Shown: positions 36,184 through 45,590, counted from the stretch's first letter. The stretch: DNA of 64,000 bases from Candidatus Flemingiibacterium sp. (GCA_045578725.1 JAZNKS010000052.1:8640-72639), one strand, 5' to 3'. The notes: generated from the sequence alone by a model not told the origin. Numbers and translations are program-made.

Positions 36184-37542
36184 ATGCTGTTTACGCGGGA
36201 CAGAAAATTCTATACCTCGCTGGTGAGTCTGGCAATTCCGATCATGCTTCAGAATCTCATCACCTTTTCGGTCGGCTTTGCCGATAATCTGATGATCGGC
36301 TCCCTTGGCGACAGCGCGGTTTCCGGTGTTTATATGGGCAATCAGATCCAGACGGTTCTGCAGGTCATAAGCGGCGGCATCGAGGCCGGAATCCTCTTGC
36401 TGTCCGCCCAGTACTGGGGACGGCGGGACACGGAGAACATCCGGCGCGTGGCGGCAATCGGCATGAATTTTTCTCTGCTGATCGGCCTTGTCTTTTCGAT
36501 TGTCTGCACGCTGATGCCCCGCCGGGTGCTCTCGCTCTTTACCTCGGAAGCGGCTGTTATTGACAGCGGTGCGGAGTATCTTTCGTTTCTCTGCTATTCC
36601 TATCTCTTTTTCTGCATCACCCAATCCCTGATTGCCGCCATGCGGAGCGTGGAATCTGCGCGGATCGGCACGGCGGTATCCCTTTGCTCGCTTGTGATTG
36701 ATGTGGCGCTGAACTATCTGCTGATCTTCGGCAAATGCGGATTTCCGGCGCTTGGCGTGCGCGGTGCGGCTATTGCCACGCTGATTGCGCGGATTGCGGA
36801 AACGGTCATTATGGTCATCTATGTCCGCTTTATGGATAAGAAGCTGCAATTCCGTTTCACGGCGCTCCTTCATGCGGATCTTCGCCTTCTGAAGGATTTT
36901 ATCCGGTGCGATCTGCCGCTGCTTGGCGGTCAGCTTGTGTGGGGCTGCAATCTGCTCGGCAACGGCGTGATTCTCGGCCATTTTACCGAGAGTGTCATCA
37001 CGGCGGCCAGCCTGGCCAACACGCTGAACAGCCTGATGTATGTGAGCATGAACGGAATGTCCTCGGCGGTGGGAATCTTCATCGGCAAAAAGGTCGGCGC
37101 GGGCGATACCTCGCGTATCCGGGAATACGCCAATACCGTACAGATCCTCTTTCTGGGGCTGGGCCTTCTGACCTCCGGGATGTTCTGGCTGATCCGCGAT
37201 CCGTTCATCTCGCTGTACACAATATCCGATGGCGCGGCCGGCTATGCACGGCAGTTCATCAATGTGCTCCGTTTCACCGGAATCGGCACCTGCTATCAGG
37301 CCAGCTGTCTGTTCGGCTTGGTGAAATCGGGCGGCGATGTCAGCTTTGTCTTCAAAAATGATACCGTATTCGTCTTCTGCGTGGTACTGCCCTCGGCGAT
37401 TCTGACCTCACTTCTGGGCTGTGAGCCGTGGGTGGTCTACCTCTGCCTGAAATCCGATCAGGTGCTCAAATGTATCCCCGCCTTCTTCAAGATCCGGAAA
37501 TACGATTGGATGAAGAATCTGACCCGGCCCGCCGGCTCTTGA
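36184..37542 (+). CDS. MATE-family efflux transporter
   Basis: 452 aa, about 12 TM helices. N-terminus ...SLVSLAIPIMLQNLITFSVGFADNLMIGSLGDSAVSGV... is the typical MATE opening. Confidence 0.88.
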   Translation: MLFTRDRKFYTSLVSLAIPIMLQNLITFSVGFADNLMIGSLGDSAVSGVYMGNQIQTVLQVISGGIEAGILLLSAQYWGRRDTENIRRVAAIGMNFSLLIGLVFSIVCTLMPRRVLSLFTSEAAVIDSGAEYLSFLCYSYLFFCITQSLIAAMRSVESARIGTAVSLCSLVIDVALNYLLIFGKCGFPALGVRGAAIATLIARIAETVIMVIYVRFMDKKLQFRFTALLHADLRLLKDFIRCDLPLLGGQLVWGCNLLGNGVILGHFTESVITAASLANTLNSLMYVSMNGMSSAVGIFIGKKVGAGDTSRIREYANTVQILFLGLGLLTSGMFWLIRDPFISLYTISDGAAGYARQFINVLRFTGIGTCYQASCLFGLVKSGGDVSFVFKNDTVFVFCVVLPSAILTSLLGCEPWVVYLCLKSDQVLKCIPAFFKIRKYDWMKNLTRPAGS

Positions 37543-37594
37543 CAGGAGCGGCCTGCTGTGCTATAATAAGTCAAATTCAACTGCAAGAAAGGGA

Positions 37595-39514
37595 ATGCCC
37601 ATGATCGACTGGAAATCCAACTCCTATGAATTTCTCACGCTCAGAACGGATGCGCCTGCCTATCGCTTTGAGGTGAATCTCGGCACAATCCCGGATTTTC
37701 GCGCCTTTGTCTGCTGTTATCGAAAGGAGCCCTTCTTTATGGATGCCTGCTCGGGCACCGATGCCGGCGCCATTCCGATCGAAACGCAGGCGCTGTTCAT
37801 CCGCCGCTCGAACGGATACAGCCTGCTGCTGCCGCTGGTGGATGAGCCGTTCCGCGCCTCCCTGCGGGCTAATGCAGACGGCGAACTGATTGCCGTGCTG
37901 GAAACCGGCGATCACGGGAGGATCGGATACGAAGCCCGCGCGCTGTATGTTTCGCACGGCGATAATCTCTACACTCTTCTTGGGGAAGCGGGCACGCGGA
38001 TCTGTGATACGCTCAAAACCTGCCGCGTACGCCGCGAAAAGGCTCTGCCTGCGATGATCGATCTCTTTGGCTGGTGCACATGGGACTCCTTCTATGAGCA
38101 CGTTAAGAAGGAAGACATCCCCGTCGGTCTGGAGAGCTTCAAAAAGGGCGGCTTTGTGCCGAAATTCCTGCTTCTTGATGATGGCTGGCAGAGCGTTCGC
38201 CCGGATGGCCGGAACCGGGGCGAGCACAAGCTGACCTCCTTTAAGGCCAACGAAAAATTCGGAGGGCAGCTGTCCGATACGGTTGCGGCGGCCAAGGAAG
38301 GCTATGGAGTCGAGCAGTTCTATGTCTGGCACGCGATGATGGGATATTGGGGCGGCATCGATTTCGATTCGCCCGAGATGAAGCCCTACGGTGTCCGGCT
38401 GAAGGAAACCGAGCTGTCCGAGGCGATGTATGAGGTCAATGAGCCGCGCTCAAAGGCGCAGGAATTTCCGTTCGGCATCGTCGCGCCGGAATCCTTCTTT
38501 GCCTTCTACAACGATTATCACCGCTGGTTAAAGAGCGAGGGAATCGACGGCGTCAAGGTGGATGTCCAGAGCGCCATTGAAGGGCTCGGTCATTCGGACG
38601 GCGGACGTGTTACGATGGCCCGCCGGATGCGGGAGGGGCTGGAGGCCTCGACCCGTCTGAATTTTGACGGCGGTCTGATCAACTGTATGTCCTGCTCAAA
38701 CGATATCATCTATCACACCAAGGCCTCCAATCTGATGCGATCCTCGGCGGATTTCTATCCGAACGAGCCGGATTCCCACGGACGGCATATCTACACCAAC
38801 GCGATTACCTCCCTCTGGATGGGCGAATTCATCACCTGCGACTGGGATATGTTCCAGACAAAGCATGAATTTGCCGCCTTCCATGCGATGGCGCGTGCGG
38901 TATCCGGCGGCCCGGTCTATGTATCGGACCGCGTGGACTGTCATGATTTTTCGATCATCGAAAGGCTGACCACGAAGGACGGCCGGATTCTCCGGGCACT
39001 TGACTGCGGTCGGCCGACTGCGGATTCGCTCTTCATGAATCCGTATGAGGGCGGGCTGTTCAAGATTTTCAATGTCAACACCTTCGGCGGCGTGATCGGC
39101 ATCTTCAATCTGACCGGGGAGGCACAGAACGGAGCGCTCTGTCCGGCCGATATCGACGGCTTTGCGGGGGATGAGGCGATTGCGTACAATCCCGTATCCG
39201 GCGATTGGTACCGTCTGGGAGCGAAGGAAGCCCTGCCGCTTGCGCTGGATGGCCGGGGTTCCGCCGTTTATACGGTTATGCCGATCCGGGATGGCTTTGC
39301 GCCCATCGGCCTTGCCGGAAAATACAACGCCGGCGGTGCGGTACGGGTTTGGCGTGAAATCGAGCCCGGTCTGGTACAGATCGAATGCGCGGGAGAGGGC
39401 GAATTCCGCTTCTTCTGCCAGGATGCCGATACGGTCCTGCTCTTTAACGGCCGAAAGCTTACCCTGTCCGACTGCACATCGGCGGGTGGGAATATCTATA
39501 CAATCCAATACTGA
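37595..39514 (+). CDS. GH36-type raffinose-synthase/Sip1-like glycosidase
   Basis: 639 aa. ...IDLFGWCTWDSFYEHV... and ...KFLLLDDGWQSV... are characteristic. The second ATG (37601) has better spacing from GAAAGGGA. Confidence 0.8.
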   Translation: MPMIDWKSNSYEFLTLRTDAPAYRFEVNLGTIPDFRAFVCCYRKEPFFMDACSGTDAGAIPIETQALFIRRSNGYSLLLPLVDEPFRASLRANADGELIAVLETGDHGRIGYEARALYVSHGDNLYTLLGEAGTRICDTLKTCRVRREKALPAMIDLFGWCTWDSFYEHVKKEDIPVGLESFKKGGFVPKFLLLDDGWQSVRPDGRNRGEHKLTSFKANEKFGGQLSDTVAAAKEGYGVEQFYVWHAMMGYWGGIDFDSPEMKPYGVRLKETELSEAMYEVNEPRSKAQEFPFGIVAPESFFAFYNDYHRWLKSEGIDGVKVDVQSAIEGLGHSDGGRVTMARRMREGLEASTRLNFDGGLINCMSCSNDIIYHTKASNLMRSSADFYPNEPDSHGRHIYTNAITSLWMGEFITCDWDMFQTKHEFAAFHAMARAVSGGPVYVSDRVDCHDFSIIERLTTKDGRILRALDCGRPTADSLFMNPYEGGLFKIFNVNTFGGVIGIFNLTGEAQNGALCPADIDGFAGDEAIAYNPVSGDWYRLGAKEALPLALDGRGSAVYTVMPIRDGFAPIGLAGKYNAGGAVRVWREIEPGLVQIECAGEGEFRFFCQDADTVLLFNGRKLTLSDCTSAGGNIYTIQY

Positions 39515-39535
39515 CAGAACAGAGAGGTTACGAAC

Positions 39536-40195
39536 ATGAAAATTTTATTCCAGGGTGACTCCATTACCGATGCCGGCCGCAACCGCGATCCGCAGGTCGC
39601 CGGCAAGCATCTCGGTACCGGCTATCCGCTTTTAATCGGCTCCGAGCTGATGTGCGACCGGGACGATATCCAGGTCGAAAACCGCGCCATCTCCGGCAGC
39701 CGGATCAGCGATATGTATGGCCGCTGGATCGAGGACACGCTGAACATCGATTTTGATATTCTGAGCATCCTCTGCGGCATCAATGACATCGGCTTTGCGG
39801 TTCGTCTGGGCCGCGGCTCCAATGCCGAGCGCTTTACCTTCATCTATGACCGGATGATTACCGAAGCAAAAGAAGCACGCCCCGACAGTACGCTGGTGCT
39901 CTGCGAGCCCTTTCTGTTCAAGATGGTGCGCGAGGAGGTTCCCGGCAACGAGGATATCGTGGATAACTGGGATATCTGGAACGGCCATATGAACGAGCGC
40001 CGGGCGATTGTCAGAGAGCTTGCCAACAAGCACGGTGCGATTTTCGTGCCCTTCGGCGAAATGTTTGAGGAGGTCTGCCGCACCTCGCCGGCAAAGCGTT
40101 GGTCCTCGGACGGCATCCATACCACTTATGCCGGTCACATGATGATGGCCAGAAAGTGGCTGGAATGTGTCCGCGCGGCCGGAATCCAGCTCTGA
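39536..40195 (+). CDS. SGNH/GDSL-family hydrolase (esterase)
   Basis: 219 aa. Block I MKILFQGDSITDAG, block III GINDI, and a block V-like DGIHTT. Confidence 0.88.
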   Translation: MKILFQGDSITDAGRNRDPQVAGKHLGTGYPLLIGSELMCDRDDIQVENRAISGSRISDMYGRWIEDTLNIDFDILSILCGINDIGFAVRLGRGSNAERFTFIYDRMITEAKEARPDSTLVLCEPFLFKMVREEVPGNEDIVDNWDIWNGHMNERRAIVRELANKHGAIFVPFGEMFEEVCRTSPAKRWSSDGIHTTYAGHMMMARKWLECVRAAGIQL

Positions 40196-40418
40196 TATGG
40201 CAGCGGACTGAAAAATACAGAACAGCCTCCGTCCAAGATGACGGGGGCTGAACTTTTGCGGCGACTCCGCTAAAAATTCGGAATCCACCGAATATTCCGA
40301 AAAAAATCCGGAAAATACGCCATGAAAACAAAAAGTTTACATTTGGATGCAGAATAGCCGCGCGAGATGTGATATAATAGATGCGTTATTGTTTTTATCG
40401 GAAAGAAGGACTTCGATT

Positions 40419-41534
40419 ATGATTATCGGAACTACAAAAGAACTCAAAAACAACGAATTCCGCGTCGGTCTTACGCCGGACAATGCGGCAATGCTGATTT
40501 CCCGCGGCCATCAGGTGCTGGTTGAAACCCACGCAGGCGACGGTGCCAGCTTCCTCGATGAAGAGTACGCGGCGGCCGGTGCCCGTATTGTGCCGACGGC
40601 CAAAGAAGTATACGATGCTGCGGATATGATTGTCAAGGTCAAGGAGCCGGAGGATTGTGAAGTCGGCTATCTCCGCGCAGGACAGATTCTCTATACCTAT
40701 CTGCATCTGGCCCCAAACCGTACTCTGACCGAGCGGCTGATGGAGCTCGGCGTAAAGGCAGTCGCTTATGAAACCATCACCGATTCGGAGGGCAATCTCC
40801 CTTGCCTGCGCCCGATGAGCCAGATTGCCGGACGTCTCAGCATTCAGGAGGGCGCGAAGTATCTGGAGCGAAGCTTTGGCGGACGCGGCCTTCTGCTCGG
40901 CGGCGTTCCGGGCGTGGAGCGCGGTAATGTCGTCATCATCGGCGGCGGTATTGCCGGCACCTATGCGGCCAAGGTTGCGGTCGGCATGGATGCGCAGGTA
41001 ACGCTTTTAGATGTCAACCATAACCGGCTGGCTTATCTTGACGATGTGTTCGGCTCGTCGATCACTACGCTGTACAGCACGGAGGCTAACATCCGCAAAT
41101 CGCTGGCCGAAGCGGATCTGGTCATCGGCTCGGTGCTGATTCCCGGCGCCTCTACACCCAAGCTGGTTCGCCGCGAGCATCTTCGCCTGATGAAGCCGGG
41201 TGCGGTCATCGTCGATATTGCAATCGACCAGGGCGGCTGCTGTGAATCCTCGCATACCACCACCCATGACGATCCGGTCTTCATCGAAGAAGGTGTGGTT
41301 CACTACTGCGTTGGCAATATGCCGGGTGCGGTTCCGCGCACCTCGACGATTGCGCTGACCAACACCACGGTCCGCTATGCCGAAATGATCGCAAGACACG
41401 GCCTGGAAAAGGCCTGCACGATGGATACGGGTCTTGCCAACGGCGTGAACATCTATTGCGGCAGGTGCACCAACCGGAATGTGGCCGACAGCCTCAATCT
41501 GGAATACACCGATATCGCCTCGCTGATCGGTTGA
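40419..41534 (+). CDS. ald: Alanine dehydrogenase
   Basis: I prefer the ATG at 40419, which follows GAAAGAAGGA. MIIGTTKELKNNEFRVGLTP...; Rossmann VVIIGGGIAGTYAAKVAVGMDAQVTLLD. 371 aa. Confidence 0.93.
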   Translation: MIIGTTKELKNNEFRVGLTPDNAAMLISRGHQVLVETHAGDGASFLDEEYAAAGARIVPTAKEVYDAADMIVKVKEPEDCEVGYLRAGQILYTYLHLAPNRTLTERLMELGVKAVAYETITDSEGNLPCLRPMSQIAGRLSIQEGAKYLERSFGGRGLLLGGVPGVERGNVVIIGGGIAGTYAAKVAVGMDAQVTLLDVNHNRLAYLDDVFGSSITTLYSTEANIRKSLAEADLVIGSVLIPGASTPKLVRREHLRLMKPGAVIVDIAIDQGGCCESSHTTTHDDPVFIEEGVVHYCVGNMPGAVPRTSTIALTNTTVRYAEMIARHGLEKACTMDTGLANGVNIYCGRCTNRNVADSLNLEYTDIASLIG

Positions 41535-41545
41535 TACAAAGAGAA

Positions 41546-41575
41546 CCGTCCCTGCCGGAAATCCGGCAGGGACGG
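41546..41575. terminator. Bidirectional terminator
   Basis: CCGTCCCTGCCGG (41546-41558) pairs with CCGGCAGGGACGG (41563-41575) around loop AAAT, followed by a T-rich tail. Confidence 0.85.
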
Positions 41576-41581
41576 CTTTAT

Positions 41582-43060
41582 TTATGGTTGGGGCTGTGCG
41601 GCGGGGGCTTCCTCCAGCCTCCGCGTGAGCATCGTGAGGAGCGACATCAGGAAAGTGACCGTGTCGGCCTCGGGACGGGTATGATTCTCAATCAGATCGC
41701 TGCGGAAGAAATCCGCGCAGAGCCGGACGAAGGCCGGATCCTGGATGAAGATCTCCGAATGGCCGCGCTTCAGATTGAAGTCGGTGATGGCCGGCAGGAT
41801 ATGCACGCAGGAGCCTTCATAGCAGATGATCTGGATCGGATTCTCGCGGCGGAGAAGCTTCTCGGCCTCCGGTGTCAGAAGATGAATCCGGAAGCAGGGA
41901 TTGGTTTTGAGCTGATTGATACAAAAGGACAGAATCTCGATACGCTCCAGAATCGAGTACGAGCGCATGAAGCAGGGATGGTCGGACAGACGGCCGGTGT
42001 TGGCGAAAGCGCGCATACTGCTCTCGGATACCACCAGATGGGTCGGCTTTTTCTTGCGGTAATAGTTGTCGAAGCGATGCTTGTGGATTGCGGTCATGGA
42101 ATCCAGCGCTTCATGGGGAATCGGCAAGCCGGCACTCCGGTAACGGTCCTCAAAGGCCGCACGCACAATATTCTCCCGGATATTGCCAAGGCAGAGATCC
42201 GGCTTGAGCTTATAGATGGCGGTGTTTTCCTCCAGCTTGCGGTAGCGGTTCATCAGATCGCTCAGGCTGTCCGCGCGGACATCCTTGACGCTTTTGATCG
42301 GATTGACGGGATAGCTGGCGATGAAGCGCCGCCATTTTTCGGTGGAGCCGCGGCCGGATGTCAGGATGGCCTGACTGCCGCCGCAGAGCAGCAGCTCATA
42401 TTCGACGGTGGTTTTGCTGTTGGTGCTTTTAATGGTGATGACATTGGCAGAGGCGTCCGGTCCGCCGCTGACGGGCGGAATGGAATAGGCAAGATAGCTG
42501 TCATGGACGAGCAGGGGAAGGATGATTCCCATCGTGTGAACCGCGCGGAAGGATTCGCTGCCGAACTGGATGTAATGCCGTATGCTGGTCTTTTTGGGCG
42601 CGGCAGTGAGCAGACGGACAAAATCAGCGGCGACAGCGGGATAGCAGCAATTCAGAATCGTACATTCCACCCGTGTGCCTGCCAACTGCTCCAGCAGAAA
42701 GCTCAATGATGGAATATCCGTGCGGTTGATGACGGTCAGCGGCGTATATTCCGGATACTGCGCCTTGAGAAGGCGCCACATTTCCTGATAAGCCAGATAA
42801 TTTTCAGATCCGTGCTCACCGATCCAGACGGCACGCTCCAACGCGCGTACCTCTTCTTCCGTCAACGCCAGCTCCTTGCAGGCGATAAGATCGGCGCAGA
42901 CATTGCGTACCGAATGAAGGCCGGACTGATTCTGCAGAATCCGGGTCAGCGTGGTCTTGCTTTTATAGGCGAGCATCCGGGTCAGCGTTGTGACCGTGAT
43001 CTGCCGGCGGTTGAGAATTTTTTCAAGACAGCTTGAAAAGGGAATCATTGCATTTTGCAT
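41582..43060 (-). CDS. Hypothetical protein with an N-terminal HTH-like segment
   Basis: 492 aa. The N-terminus ...RRQITVTTLTRMLAYKSKTTLTRILQNQSG... looks like an HTH. The rest is unrecognised. Confidence 0.6.
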   Translation of the reverse strand: MQNAMIPFSSCLEKILNRRQITVTTLTRMLAYKSKTTLTRILQNQSGLHSVRNVCADLIACKELALTEEEVRALERAVWIGEHGSENYLAYQEMWRLLKAQYPEYTPLTVINRTDIPSLSFLLEQLAGTRVECTILNCCYPAVAADFVRLLTAAPKKTSIRHYIQFGSESFRAVHTMGIILPLLVHDSYLAYSIPPVSGGPDASANVITIKSTNSKTTVEYELLLCGGSQAILTSGRGSTEKWRRFIASYPVNPIKSVKDVRADSLSDLMNRYRKLEENTAIYKLKPDLCLGNIRENIVRAAFEDRYRSAGLPIPHEALDSMTAIHKHRFDNYYRKKKPTHLVVSESSMRAFANTGRLSDHPCFMRSYSILERIEILSFCINQLKTNPCFRIHLLTPEAEKLLRRENPIQIICYEGSCVHILPAITDFNLKRGHSEIFIQDPAFVRLCADFFRSDLIENHTRPEADTVTFLMSLLTMLTRRLEEAPAAQPQP

Positions 43061-43220
43061 GAGTGGGCCTGTTCATTCCTTTCCTTGATAAGTCTTATGT
43101 TATTATATCACATTGGCCGCTTCTTTTCAAGCCCCGAGGCTCGAATCCCGTCAAATAAAACAATTTATTTACATTTTTCGTTCCCCCTTCGCAGAAAAGA
43201 GGGAAAAACAGCTCAGGGGC

Positions 43221-43249
43221 TTTACAAACGGCGGATTCTGTGGTATACT
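43221..43249 (+). promoter_or_regulatory. Promoter of the preQ1-queT unit
   Basis: TTTACA (43221-43226), a 17-nt spacer, then TGgTATACT (43241-43249). Confidence 0.65.
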
Positions 43250-43283
43250 GTTAGTCAACGGAGATGTCCGCTGACAATTGCAT

Positions 43284-43325
43284 CAGTGAGTTCGTGACCA
43301 TCCTCACTCTAAACAAAACTACGGA
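43284..43325 (+). promoter_or_regulatory. preQ1-I riboswitch aptamer
   Basis: CAGUGAG-UUCGUGACCAUC-CUCAC-UCUAAACAAAACUACGG. This gives a short P1 stem, a loop starting UUC, and an A-rich tail ending ACUA, as in the B. subtilis queC and T. tengcongensis preQ1-I aptamers. It lies upstream of a QueT gene. Confidence 0.8.
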
Positions 43326-43329
43326 TTGA

Positions 43330-43365
43330 CTGCATTTGCGAGAATTCGTGGAATGCGGTTTTTTT
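43330..43365 (+). terminator. Riboswitch expression-platform terminator
   Basis: CTGCATT (43330-43336) pairs with AATGCGG (43352-43358), with one G-U pair, followed by T7 (43359-43365), 22 nt before the queT ATG. Confidence 0.65.
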
Positions 43366-43386
43366 ATCCGGAAACGGAAGGAAACT

Positions 43387-43899
43387 ATGAAAAACAAACA
43401 GCAAAAACAAATCCGATTTCTGACCGAGGCCGGCATGATTGCCGCTCTGTATGTGGCGCTGACCGGGCTGTCGGCTCTGCTGGGGCTGTCATCGGGCGCC
43501 ATTCAGCTTCGCCTTTCGGAAGCGCTCTGTGTGCTTCCGGTCTTTACAGCATCGGCTGTTCCCGGCGTAAGTGTCGGGTGCCTGATCGCCAATCTGCTAT
43601 TTGGCGGCAGCATCTACGATATTCTTTTCGGCTCGCTGGCCACGCTGATCGGCGCACTGATTGCCTATTGGATGCGAAAGCACCGCTATCTGGCGTTTTT
43701 GCCGACGGTGCTGTCGAATATGCTGATTATCCCCGCTGTTCTGATCGTTTCCGGCTTCGGCCCGTGGGGGATGTTCTGGTGGTTTTCGCTGACCGTCGGA
43801 ATCGGCGAAATCCTTTCCTGCGGTGTGCTCGGTAATCTGCTGATCCGGTATCTGGACCGGCATCCGGCAACGGCCGCATCGCTGTTCGTGGAGAAGTGA
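43387..43899 (+). CDS. queT: QueT-family queuosine-precursor transporter
   Basis: I prefer the ATG at 43387. MKNKQQKQIRFLTEAGMIAALYVALTGLSALL...RLSEALCVLPVF... fits the QueT pattern. Consistent with the preQ1 riboswitch context. Confidence 0.8.
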   Translation: MKNKQQKQIRFLTEAGMIAALYVALTGLSALLGLSSGAIQLRLSEALCVLPVFTASAVPGVSVGCLIANLLFGGSIYDILFGSLATLIGALIAYWMRKHRYLAFLPTVLSNMLIIPAVLIVSGFGPWGMFWWFSLTVGIGEILSCGVLGNLLIRYLDRHPATAASLFVEK

Positions 43900-43915
43900 A
43901 TCCGACAGCCGGCAA

Positions 43916-44256
43916 TCACGCCAGCTGATCCGTATAAGCGAGGAGTGCAGAGAAGTCGCCCGAAGGATAGGGCGTGAGGCTGCGCTCCTCTTTATTGATC
44001 AGGCAATCGGTGAGCAGGAAGACCTGCATCCCAAGCTCGGCGGCCGCCATATCATCGGTGACATCGTTTCCGACCATCAGACATTCCTCCGGCTTCAGCG
44101 AAAAGCGGTCGAGGATCTCCTGATAATAGCGGGGATCCGGCTTGCAGTAGGAGGAATTTTCATAAGTTGTGAAGAAGGCGAAATCCTCCGGCTCAAGTCC
44201 TGCCCAGCGGATCCGGCTGACGATCGCGATCGGCGGAAAAATCTCCTTGCGGGGCA
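43916..44256 (-). pseudogene. 3' remnant of a HAD-IA hydrolase gene (C-terminal ~112 codons only)
   Basis: My minus-strand translation, stop to stop: LPRKEIFPPIAIVSRIRWAGLEPEDFAFFTTYENSSYCKPDPRYYQEILDRFSLKPEECLMVGNDVTDDMAAAELGMQVFLLTDCLINKEERSLTPYPSGDFSALLAYTDQLA*. There is an in-frame TGA at 44259-44257. Motif I (DxDGT) and a plausible start codon are both missing. Confidence 0.7.
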
Positions 44257-44369
44257 GTCATTCGGACCGCCGGAATCTTACAACAGTATACCACATTTCC
44301 GCATTTTTGTCAAATGCCGTGCCGTGGCGAAAAAATGGAGAATCGGGTTGCTTTTTTGCAGAATCGGGC

Positions 44370-44398
44370 TTTACGCGGGGGAAAATCGGTGCTATAAT
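44370..44398 (+). promoter_or_regulatory. Promoter for the MDR oxidoreductase gene, preceded by three phased AATCGG repeats
   Basis: TTTACG (44370-44375), a 17-nt spacer, then TGcTATAAT (44390-44398). AATCGG occurs at 44341, 44362 and 44384. Confidence 0.6.
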
Positions 44399-44564
44399 AG
44401 ATACAGAAATATTCTGCAATGGCAGGGAGGAAGAAGTCTGAAAAATAAATTTTCAGACCTGATTTTGTGGCTTACATTGCCGTCCCGGCAATGTTTTGCT
44501 TCTCAAACCAGCCCCAAAATCCAAGAAAGGAAGCTTTCGCTTCGCGAAAGCTATGGTCATAACT

Positions 44565-45590
44565 ATGAAAACAAAACAGATCGTCTTTACCAAAGTCAAT
44601 ACCGCCGAGCTGCTTGACGTTGAGATCCGGGAGCCCGGTGCCGGCGAGGTTTTGGTACGGACCGCCTTCAGTACCGTCAGCCCCGGAACGGAGCGTGCCA
44701 ACATCATCGGTGACCCGAATACCGGCGGTGCCAGCAGCCCGCACAGCGCATTCCCGCGCGAGCTTGGCTACAGCTCAGCCGGAATCGTCGAAAAGGTCGG
44801 CGAGGGCGTGACAAGCGTGAAGCCCGGCGACCGCGCGATTGTCTATTGGGGCAAGCATCTGGCGTACAATCTTGTACCGGAAAAGAACGTGGTGAAAATC
44901 GAGGATGATTCGGTTTCGCTGGCGGAGGCATCCTTCAGCTTTATTGCGACCTTCCCGCTTGCCGCCGTCCGCAAATGCCGGGTGGAGCTTGGCGAGTCGG
45001 CGATGGTCATGGGACTTGGCCTGCTGGGACAGCTGGCGATCCGCCTGCTCCGTGCAGCAGGAGCCGCTCCGATTATCGCCGCCGATCCGGTGGCAAACCG
45101 CCGCGAGACCGCACTTGCCGGCGGTGCCGATTATGCGCTGGATCCGCTGGCGGAAGGCTTCGCCGAGCAGGTGAAGAAGCTGACCGGTGGCGGTGTCAAT
45201 GCGGCCATTGAAGTGACAGGGGTCGGCGCGGGCCTGGATGAAACGCTCGACTGCATGGCAAAATTCGGCCGCGTGGCTCTGCTCGGATGTACGCGCGACA
45301 AGAATTTCAGCATCGACTACTACCGTAAGGTTCATTTCCCCGGCATCACACTGATCGGTGCCCACACGATGGCCAGACCGGAGAACGAATCGCATCCCGG
45401 ATGGTTCACGCATACGGATGATATCCGCGCTGTTCTGAAGCTCTGCGCAGGCGGCCGCCTGAATCTGGCGGAGATGATCTGCGAACAGCATTCGCCTGCC
45501 GATTGCGGCGCGGTGTATGACCGGCTGGTGCAGGATCCCGGCCATTTCCCGCTTGTGACCCAGTTTGACTGGAGCCGGATCGAAGGCTGA
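44565..45590 (+). CDS. MDR-superfamily (zinc-type alcohol dehydrogenase-like) oxidoreductase
   Basis: MKTKQIVFTKVNTAELLDVEIREPGAGEVLVRTAFSTVSPGTE...; Rossmann VMGLGLLGQLAIRLL. The start is uncertain (ATG 44553 or 44565). Confidence 0.82.
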   Translation: MKTKQIVFTKVNTAELLDVEIREPGAGEVLVRTAFSTVSPGTERANIIGDPNTGGASSPHSAFPRELGYSSAGIVEKVGEGVTSVKPGDRAIVYWGKHLAYNLVPEKNVVKIEDDSVSLAEASFSFIATFPLAAVRKCRVELGESAMVMGLGLLGQLAIRLLRAAGAAPIIAADPVANRRETALAGGADYALDPLAEGFAEQVKKLTGGGVNAAIEVTGVGAGLDETLDCMAKFGRVALLGCTRDKNFSIDYYRKVHFPGITLIGAHTMARPENESHPGWFTHTDDIRAVLKLCAGGRLNLAEMICEQHSPADCGAVYDRLVQDPGHFPLVTQFDWSRIEG

